Below are positions 24,301 to 34,236 of a stretch of DNA of 64,000 nucleotides, piece by piece. The stretch's first letter is position 1, and each line of letters starts with the position of its first letter. The notes beneath the pieces were generated by a model. It was given only the letters and a program-made list of their open reading frames with translations. It had not been told where the DNA came from and made no database searches. The translations under genes were made by a program, and so were the position numbers. The DNA is from Halocafeteria seosinensis (taxonomy: Eukaryota), in assembly GCA_001687465.1 (NCBI GenBank), contig LVLI01000003.1, positions 1-64,000 on the forward strand, read 5' to 3'.

Positions 24301-26244
24301 CTAGACACAATAGAGCACAAGCTTGCCGTAATGCTGGCTAGACTCCATCCTTTCGTGTGCAGCTTGGACTCCCTCTGCTGTAAGGGGATAAGCAGCATCA
24401 TTTATCGTTCCTGCTGGCCCAACGTCCATTAAGGGCCCTAGTTGATCTCTCGTCGCCACAAAACTGGAATCACCGATAATTTGGGAGGATGGAAGACTCT
24501 GCAGGTGCGGCCAAACATATGTGTATAGATCCAGGGCGAGGCCGGCTTTGGCACTATCCGAGCGTGAGCGTAGGGTCGATCCTGTCAATGTGAGCCGCTT
24601 GAGCATCATTCTCGTAAAATCTATGGATGTGCCGCTTGTGGAACCAACTTTTGAACCCTTTAGGAACGCAACATTGACCAATCTACCGCAAGTGCCCAAT
24701 ACACCCATGTTTCCCGGTATATAATCACCGCCTATCATGTCTAGCACGACATCTACACCGTCCCCGGGGGTTTGCTTGAGAGCAGTTCTATCTCTGTGAT
24801 CTCCATGTAACTTTCTTTCAAGATTGATAAGCGACAGCCTGTTTAATAAATGCGAGTTACAGTGCCTTGGGAGTATACTGGGAAGAGGGGCAGTATCTGA
24901 GTGAAAACAAGTCGACGCTCCCCAAGTTCTCGAAGATAAGGCAACAGTTTCAAGCGGTCCTCGTTTAACGACGTCAGTATTATTTGTCTGACTTGCCGGG
25001 TTCAAATACACACCACTAGGTAGATCACCGCTTTCGATTTCAGGCAAATGCACTTTTCGGCTCAGCCAGTTCTTGAAAGGGGACTCCTTGAGTACGCTAC
25101 TGAAGTCGGCTGTATTGTAGTCAATGGCCACTGTTGCGCCCAATCGAATTGCGGCTTCACATTTCTCTGGACTACCCGCCGTAGTAATAACATGTGCACC
25201 GCATGCCTTTGCAATTTGAATAGCCGTGGATCCTGCGCGTGCAACTCGCTTTATCTGACCGGTACGTTTTACAACTTTAGGCCACAACTACTCACCAATA
25301 CCACTTAAAGCCCCATGAATCAAGCAAATTTCACCCGGTTGAAGGCCTGCTGTGTAGATGAGGTTGTGCCAAACTGTGAAAAACGATTCTGGTATTGCTG
25401 CCGTTTCGACAACGTTATTGTCAGGTTTTGCATTCACTAGCGGCACATCAACATCTTCGAACGGGTTCACAATGCCCTGACCACTCATATTCGGCTGGGG
25501 CAGCACCTGTGACGCAGGAACTGCAACGTATTCTGCATAGCCCCCACCATTCAAAAGAGCAACAACAGGAGTTCCAACTTCCCAACCGATTGGTGAACCA
25601 AGAAATCCTCGATCAGCCGCCAACGAAAGGTCAAGTGGCAGATCTCCACCCCTCTTTCGATCTAACCCGTGATGCTGAAGGAACTGTGACTGAAACAGAT
25701 TATGGATGACTTTTTGGGGAGCCATTGAAGCAGCTTGAGATCCTACGCCAACAATGTCCCCTGCACACATGGATCTTTGCAGTTGGTACCGGTAACGAAC
25801 GGAACTACAAGAGCAGTTGCATGCAATCTTACCCGCCACTTCCAGACCGAGTAGAGAGGAATGCGAAGACGGTGCAGGATATAGGCCCCTCCTCTGTACC
25901 AGAGAAATCCGCACTCCTTTGACTATGCGCCTCGAGTTCTCACTGGTCCTGCTTCACCTTACCTGTAGAACATCAGGACGATTCACTCCCGTGGCGCGTA
26001 CTTTGATCAACACTTCATGCGGCTGAATCTCCGGCAGCGGAAGCTCGTCATCGCGTAGTTTTCCCAATTCACCCTTCGGTTGGTCAGTCCCATGTATTAC
26101 CGCTTTCATCCGAGAGGGGAGTCCTTCGGCAAACGTAGCGGTCCCCAAAGCTGAGGTAGTGGTTGAAGAAGATATGCTCTGGGTTCCGCGTTGATAGGAC
26201 ACGTTTCGCCCCAGGTGTCGCAGGATCGATTGACTCCGCTTCAT
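24301..26244 (-). CDS. NAD(P)H:quinone oxidoreductase, PIG3/zeta-crystallin-like MDR, 4 exons, with presequence
   Basis: EVLIKVRATGVNRPDVLQ|RRGLYPAP..LGLEVAG, GGGYAEY, AAIPESFFTVWHNL, LIHGALSGIG|STAIQ, GVDVVLDMIGG, KRLTLTGSTLRSR, AHERMESSQHYGKLVL. Confidence 0.93.
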
Positions 26245-26877
26245 ATTTACGAAATGATTGATTTAACTAGAAACACAATTGTAGAAATAGAGGTACTACT
26301 GTCCATGTAATACCTGCAATCTTACAAGTTGAAGTTGCGTGGAATGAAGAAGCTGTCGACGACAGTACAGCAAAGTGTCATAATGACCCAAGTGATTGAC
26401 GAACCAAGTATATTGGTGGTGAGCTTATGTTGAAGATTGCGTTGATTTCAGACCTTAAACACAGACACTTCCACAATGGTGACAATCGGCTACCACCTCG
26501 ACATTCCAAATTATTTCCAGTTGGTGCTTTCGGACATTCGAAGCGGCCATTCATTGCAAAACGTACACTGAATATAACCATTGAGTTTTCTCCCTCTGTT
26601 TCCATGTTGGAGGCATCTTGGCAGAACTTCCTGTGCCAACAGTTCTTGAAGGGCTCAAGTCTTCGAAATGTTTGTTGTGTTCTTTCAATTTTTCTTCCGC
26701 GTGCGTGCAGCGCTTGTATAAGCTAGTTTAAAGAAAGAATGGAAGTTAGTGGGACAGAAAAGAGTCTGTGCCGTACTAACAGTAATAAACGCGCGGTGGA
26801 TTGCTGTGTTCCCTCGCTGAACAGGCCCTAAGAGCCGTCTTTTCCTTCCTTGCTCCCGAGCATTTTCACTGAGCAGT

Positions 26878-27475
26878 ATGGCTGATCTAAGTAAGTTTTC
26901 GCTTCCTTCACTTGTGTATAAGATTCTACATCTCCACTACTTTAATTGACGGAGTCGATCACGTAATGATAATGGCTGGGGAAGTTGTATAGCGCCGAAA
27001 GGATCAACTGTCCGGGGAGTTCAAAGGGAGCGCGACTCCCATCCTGGCTCATATAGGTGTCTAGGAGTGAGATACCTCATTGTTGTGTGCGCGTATATCA
27101 CGAAGCTTTTGTTTGGTATATATTTTACCATGTGTAATTTTCTTGACTGCAGGCGAAATTCAAAATTTCGACGCCGGAGGTGACGCCTTTTCCGGAACGG
27201 GAGCCGAAGGAGGGTCCAAAGTGCATATTCGTGTACAACAGAGGAATGGACGCAAGTGTATCACTTCCATCCAAGGTCTAGATGATGACTTAGACCTCAA
27301 GAGGATTTTGAAATACTTAAAGAAAAGATACAACTGCAACGGAAGTATCATTAAGGACAAGGAACTGGGCGAAGTTATTCAGCTGCAGGGTGATCAGAGA
27401 CAAAACGTGAGAGAGTTTTTACTGGGCGAGGAAATTTACGACAAGCCTGAGCGAATTGTTATACATGGTTTCTAA
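26878..27475 (+). CDS. SUI1: Translation initiation factor eIF1 (SUI1), 2 exons
   Basis: ATGGCTGATCTAA|intron 26891-27152|GC GAA ATT... gives MADLSEIQNF...KVHIRVQQRNGRKCITSIQGL...CNG...VIQLQGDQR...IHGF*. Confidence 0.97.
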
Positions 27476-27701
27476 GGCTGATTCTGCCCCAAGCTTCGCG
27501 TTTGAAGTAATCGTTTGCAGCTGAGTCCCAACATAGCTACGTTCTGGTAAAGAATGTTGTTGGGTGAAGGTATTGTGTACCAAGAATACACTCATGGATG
27601 TAAAATTAATCGCGTATCTACCAGTAGATGTCGTAATACGGCCCGATATTCAAGCCCAATCCAATAGAGCTATTTTCTTTACCTGAAGTGATGTTCTTCC
27701 A

Positions 27702-29906
27702 CTACTCGACAGTGACAGACTTCGCAAGGTTGCGAGGCTGATCTACTTCGCACTTCCTCATATCGGCAATGTAGTAACTCATCAGTTGAAGTGGGATCAC
27801 AGAGAGCAAAGGAATAAATAACTCGCTTGTATCCTGTGGAAAACGTAGCACACATTCTGCTTTCTCGTCTAAATCTGTGTTATCCTCTTCTGTGATGGCA
27901 ATAACGCATCCACCTCGTGCCAAAACCTCTTCCATATTGGACTTCAGTTTATCATAGGTGGAGTCGCCTTTGGGGGCGATAATAACTACAGGCATGAAGC
28001 GGTCGATCAACGCGATCGGACCGTGCTTCATCTCTGCAGCGGGGTACCCTTCAGCATGGATATATGAAATCTCCTTCAGTTTCAAGGCTCCTTCCAACGC
28101 AACCGGGAAATTCAAGCCACGTCCCAGATAAAGGAAAGATTGCGCAAACCTAAAAGATTTGCATATATCAAACACAGCCTTATTTTGACTCAAGACACGC
28201 GCCATCTTTTCCGGAATCCCGCTTTTGGACGAATAACGGGCAGCGGTTCCGCTCTGCCCGTTCTCGGGACCACCTGCAAGCTCCCGCACATAGGCCGCCA
28301 ACTGTTCATCTGTGATTTGCTTCCCTCGATGAGCAAGAACCAATGCTAGCATCGTTAATACAACGAGTTGTCCGGTAAACGCCTTGGTGGATGCTACACC
28401 AATTTCAGGACCGATATGTAGATATATGCCACAGTCAGTTTCTCTGGCAATGCTTGAGCCTACCACGTTGACAATACCGAGAGTGAGGCATCCCAGTCTC
28501 TTAGCCTCGCGGATCGCAGCTAGTGTGTCCGCAGTTTCTCCAGATTGTGAAATCGCAATCAACACATCGTCAGGATAGAGAACTGGATTGCGATACCTGA
28601 ACTCGGAAGCGTATTCCACTTCCACGTTAATCCGAGCAACGCTCTCGATCAGATATTCCGCAACCAAGCCACTGTGGAACGAAGTACCACATGCACAAAT
28701 TATGAGCCTTCGGGCAGATAAAATCCGCTCCATGTGTTCTTCGATGCCGCCTAAACGGAGTGTCCCAGCTTCAGGATTTGCTCTTCCAGCCATGCAATCT
28801 CTCAATACTTTCGGTTGCTCCATAATCTCCTTCAGCATAACTGGAACGGAACAAGAATCCCAATAGATATCATGCGGTTACCAAGGATGCTGACTAACAG
28901 AAACGTACAATGTTTGTATCCTCCCTTTTCTATCGTCTCCAGATCGAAGTCTAATTTTGCCAAACTATGTTCACGAGTAATGGGTGTTTCCGTGCTCAGA
29001 CTACTAATCACGTAGCCCTCAGGAGAGAATTCGACCATTTCTTGATCTTTGAGATACTCAACAGTCTTGGTGTGTTCGACAATGGCTGAACCATCGCTGG
29101 CCAGGTAGTATTCGCCATTGTCCATGACACCCAGTATCATGGGTGAGCCTCTTCGGGCTCCGATCACAGTGTCAGGAGTGTCCGCAAAGAGGAAGCAGCA
29201 GCCAAATGCGCCATCCACCTGCAATAATTGGAAGCATGTTACCCGCTAATCAGTACAACCATCCCCAAATATTCATCTTCACATACCAGACTGAGAGTTT
29301 TTCTTACGACCTCACTAGCCGCCAACCGGGGATATTGTTGACGAATATCGGCAGCAAGTTGAGCTAGCACTTCAGTGTCGGTTTCGCTCTTGAAAGTGAG
29401 TCTGTATAGCCAGCTTGAACCGGTGATATCAGAAAAACTGCTTCTTTTTCTTCCGGTAGACGTACCCTTTCTGTTGTAAAGCTGTCTTCAAGCTGTAGTA
29501 GTTTTCCACAATACCATTGTGTACTACAGCTACGTTGCCATCTTCGGACAAGTGGGGATGCGCGTTCAAGTCCGTCGGTGCGCCGTGTGTGGCCCAGCGC
29601 GTATGCGCAATCCCACATGTTCCCGGGAGACTCTGGTTCTCACAGGTGTCCTCGAGGTTCTGAACTTTACCCTTGGCCTTTACAACGTTGATCTTGTAAG
29701 TGTCCTTGCCTTGATCATCCTTGCCATTGCCGGAGAGGATACCCACCCCTGCAGAATCGTAGCCTCGATATTCAAGGCGGTGTAGCCCACGAATGAGGAG
29801 TTTGACGGCTTGTTGATGCCCTCTGCATATAGATCAAATGTGTGAAACACTGTGGGGTAACACGTAGACCATATATAACGTACACAAACGCTGTAATCCC
29901 ACACAT
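27702..29906 (-). CDS. glmS: Glutamine:fructose-6-phosphate amidotransferase (GlmS/GFAT), 5 exons
   Basis: MCGI start (Ntn Cys), RLEYRGYDSAG, GIAHTRWATHG, HNGIVENY, SETDTEV, RRGSP, ISQSGETADT, EIGVASTKAFT, EGALKLKEISY, DQPRNLAKSVTVE*. Confidence 0.97.
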
Positions 29907-30058
29907 ATCTTGCTAGGGATGAAGAAGGAAGATCGACACTCCTATACTCAGTTATTCCGCCACGTTGCAGAAATCAAAGCACACAGACTGAAAGAGAAGA
30001 CAAAGAGGTGTTGAATAAGCAGTATACGGTGTGTACACGGGCTATCAAACACTTGTAA

Positions 30059-33016
30059 ATGACCTTTGTATATGGTGGTTTCTCACCCTGGAAGGCGCGG
30101 CTCGACCCGCCCCTCGGACTGTTGGGGCGGCAAGTTGTCCGTGCCATAGCCCGTAACGTCCCGCCGCACCCGGCAGTTGCTGCCAACGGACGGAGTGAAT
30201 CTTCAACTTACCCAGTGGAAGTTTGTGAAACTGGACCACCAGCTTCACAAGTCAGTGACTCGGCTTGTAGAGAGCCCGTTTATAGGCGATTTGAAAGGGA
30301 TACAGGGGTCTATTTGGGTTTTGAGACGAATAGCGCGACGTGGAAACCAAAGGGGAAGATGATTGTGCGAGGAAAACCTGCTGAGAAAGCGGATATAGGA
30401 TCGGGAAGAGCCCGGCTCCCTCCGGCTATTGTGCAGAATTCTGCTATTGGCATGGATGATCCTCTGATGTTTCTTCCCGCTACGGAAGTGGCCGAATTTC
30501 AAAGTGCTGCGGGAAGTGAGCTGGAGGAAAGTCGGCCGTCGGAACGACCTATCTACCTGTGCAAAGGTTCAGTAAACCCACCTCACCTCTGGTCCAAGGA
30601 ACGTAAACAAGTTCCAGAAGTGGCTATCGACCATACAGTGAGTATATTGGACGACAGATCAGCGAAAGCAAAGTGGATGAATGCTTTGTCGAAGCACTGT
30701 AAACCTTCGGAGAACAGCGACGTTGATGTCGATCAGTACTTCTTACTACATCTCGGAACGGCAGCAAACATACCTACAGCCACTTCAGTGTTTTTTACGT
30801 GCCCGGAGGCTTTGCAGGAAGAAACCCTCAAACCTTTGATGGAGGATATATTCATTACGCGGGGAGCAGAGTTTCGAATAGACGGCTTCGCACCGGTACG
30901 TATTCGGTAGTGTTCGACATGCCTAGAGGTCTGGGAAAAGGAATGTGACAAATCGTTTGCAGCTTACTGTTCACAACTTTCAACCTGAGGCTCCTGTGTG
31001 TCGCATCGACCCTTCAACGACTATTCAATGTCAATGTTCAAATTGGAATAATAATGATGCTCAAGCAGATGAGCAAAGTGCCCCGGCAAAGTTGGAGGCG
31101 GGGACTACGTTGCGGGCTCCTCTTGCTAACTTGTGCCCCGGGTTTGAAGCTGCCCACGCATCGTTACGCAATGCGGTTCTTACGAAATTTCTATACAGTG
31201 AATATGCTCAGAGGTTTAATGTGGGGATACCGAAAGGGATTCTTCTCTCGTCTAGTACAGTAGATGATTGCGACGTTCTGATTGACTGTCTCGTTGGCGA
31301 TCTGCAGATACTAACCAGCTGTGCTAAGAGGGTCATGACACCAGAAGATGCTGCCACTGACTCGCTATCTCCCAATAACCTGGACGTATACGAATTAATT
31401 CGGCACTCCCAGTCTAAGAGTGATCTTGCCGTCGTGCATCTTAAAGACCTGCACCGGTGGCATCAGAGCGCATCCAATGAACGCAGAGACCAAGGTCGAG
31501 TGGCTAGACTTCTAAGTTTAATGGACGAAAGTGCCAAATCACACGTGGGAGGTAAGGTACTCCTCGTTGCATCAGTTTCATCTTTTCAAGAAGTCGACAG
31601 TGCGTTACGACGACCTGGAGGCTTCGAATATGAGATAGCTGTGGAGAGCCCGGACGCTGGCTCACGGTTCCGGATACTCAATCAGCTGATACGTCCGCAC
31701 CGTTTATCCCCGTCCCTTCAAGACGCTTTTGGGCATATTGACGCACGGGTACCCCAGTGTGGACAGTTGGATACTAGTGTTGTGGATACAGAGCAGGTTC
31801 AGTCTTGGCTAAAGGAGTATCTCATTGCTATTCACAGCTTCCATGATAATAGCTCATTTGCATCTGAGCATAACTCTGTCCACCGGTTAATCCGGCTAAT
31901 TCATCGATTGGCTGGAGCTTCTTACACTAAATTGAAAGCCTTGATCAGGGACTCCGTCTTTACTTCAATCAACGGGGGGCGCAAAGAAATCAGCTTTGCG
32001 GATTTAGAGCAGTCTCTTCCTGCTACAATGGGGCATAGCCGGAAGGAATTCAAGCCAGTAGACTGGGATTCTATTGGAGGGATTGCTCAAGCCAAGAAAC
32101 GGCTAAGGGAAGCCGTTGAGTGGCCCATGAAGTATGGCTCTTATTACGAAATGCTGGGTCTAGCTCCACCTAAGGGAGTTTTGCTGTTCGGTCCACCAGG
32201 ATGCTCGAAAACAATGCTAGTCAGGGCAGCAGCGACGTCACTAAAAGCGACTTTCATTAGTTTGTCCGGAGCGGATGTTCTTTCCCCCTACGTAGGAGAA
32301 GCTGAACGGAAATTGAGGTAAGCGGCGACACTTACATCCTTGAACAGTATCAAAGTCAGTATTTGTAGCGCTGCACAACACACAGGGACTGTTTCGAGAG
32401 AGCAAGGAAGGCCCAACCCGCGATCGTTTTCATTGACGAAATTGAATCTTTGGTGGGATCCCGAAGCGACAGTGGCGAAGGATCTGGAGGTGCAACATCC
32501 GGGATTCTAACCACATTACTGACGGAAATGGATGGTGTTTCTTCCACCGGAAACGTAATATTGATCGGAGCAACCAACATGCCGGAGAACCTGGACGCTG
32601 CGCTTCTCCGTCCCGGGAGGTTTGATGTGAGATTGCTCGTCCCTCCACCAGATGAGGAGGGAAGACGCGACATACTGAATATCTACTGTCGAGAACTTCC
32701 AATGGGCGACGATGTAGACCTCGCCAGCATAGCACTCAAAACAAAATGGTTTACCGGTGCTGAGTTAGAAGCTTTGTGTCGCGAAGCAGCATTCGCCGCT
32801 CTTCGGCGTGGGGTTCAGCAGAAGGAAGCAATCCTCTACCACGCTGATTTCGAAAATGCGTTACACGACGCCCGGGCTATCTGCTTAAGGGGCGTTGGGT
32901 CCGGGAGTCTCTTTACTCCAACAGAATCTGAAGCCTTGGCATCGGAACCAAACCCAATGTCTAGGGAAGTTGAACGTCTAAAGCGGTTCCAATCTTCGTT
33001 TAACAACAAACTCTGA
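30059..33016 (+). CDS. AFG2/SPATA5-family double AAA ATPase, 3 exons
   Basis: D2 reads VDWDSIGG...LREAVEWP...PPKGVLLFGPPGCSKT...YVGEAER, FIDEIES, LDAALLRPGRFD. GPPGCSKT is typical of Afg2/SPATA5/SPATA5L1. The start codon is uncertain. Confidence 0.85.
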
Positions 33017-33280
33017 TCATTGCTTTCCTAGATGCATGTGCGAGAAAATTCAGGGTGCGCCGCGGTGAATGATTGTCTCAATAGTCAGAAGGAAAACATT
33101 GCAGCTTTAACGGCTAGTAGAAGGGTGTATGCGTAGCGGTGAAGCGTAGTAGTAGTCCAATCGCAAGTAGGTACAAGAACCACAAGACTCGTTGGGAGCA
33201 CTACGTATCGCTGATACAACTCAGCAGTGGATCAAGCTATGCCAACATGTACATTTTCGGTTTGGCCTCCTTCCATCGGC

Positions 33281-34057
33281 TTACGATTTAATGGCAGCCC
33301 CTTTAGTTTCTTTTTCTAGTTTATCCATTTCCGTCACCGACGTCAAGATCTCGGAGCTGTTGGTTTCCACAACCATCCCACCCATTACAATCTCGTCCAA
33401 AATATAATGTACCTGTTACAGAAATACGTATTCCATAACAACGCTAATGATACAGTTGAATCTCTTTCCATTTTGTTACAGCGGCTCTACCTACTTTGTC
33501 TGTGTGAAAGATCAGATGCAGTTCGCAGACGTGGCCAAAGTACTTGTCCAACGACTCCACAAAAACTGTAGTAACCGATAGTAGAGGGTTAATGAAATTA
33601 TTTTGAAACAACCAATTTGCTGATTGATCAAATAGTGGAGAACTAACCTTGTATGAGATCCACAATACCTAATTCACTTTCCTGTTGGTCCACCACAAAC
33701 ACGAAATAGAGCGTTGCATAGTGTCTGTAGACGACTTTCACTTCTTCATTCCATTCTGATAAGCTGTATTTTCACCGAAATTATCTCTTATGGGGTGCAT
33801 ACAGCCAGTATAAAGCCTAAACAACGCACCATCCGCCTTCCAGAAAATTGCACACTCCATCGGGACGCTTGCTCAAGAGCGAGAAGAGCTCCCGCACTAC
33901 TCTCTGTTGTTGCTCCTCTTTCTGCAACATCAACAGTCAAGAGTACACGCACTAGAATAGAATGAAAGAGCTCCAAACAGCCACATACAAGAGGTTCATA
34001 GCATCGGAGAAGCCGCACTTCCCCCGTGGTGTTGAAGATGAAGACTCCACGAATCAT
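33281..34057 (-). CDS. AP3S: Adaptor complex sigma subunit, AP-3 type, 5 exons
   Basis: Spliced: MIRGVFIFNTTGEVRLLRCYE..KRPDGVCNFLEGG..VVYRHYATLYFVFVVDQQESELGIVDLIQVFVESLDKYFGHVCELHLIFHTDKVHYILDEIVMGGMVVETN. Confidence 0.92.
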
Positions 34058-34236
34058 GGCGAGCTAGATAGATCCCAACCAACAACTATACCTACAACAA
34101 CAAACCATACTTAATCTCATCTACCTAGTACGTGGGGGCAACGGCACGCTGTCCCGCCATCAATCAATGGGAGTGAATCAAGCTAAGGCAACGAAAAGTT
34201 TGTCGTCTCCTTACGAAGTGTATCTATCTTGCGTGC

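Noticed and set aside
27055..27080. TGAGA-containing hairpin reminiscent of a TPP riboswitch in the eIF1 intron
   Set aside because: The downstream P4/P5 arm (ACCTGAT..TAAT..GCG) is missing and the host gene is unrelated to thiamine.
33005..33016. C-terminal NKL (PTS1-like) on the AAA ATPase, hinting at PEX1
   Set aside because: The Walker A GPPGCSKT indicates the AFG2 family, PEX1 is not a PTS1 cargo, and the tripeptide is likely chance.
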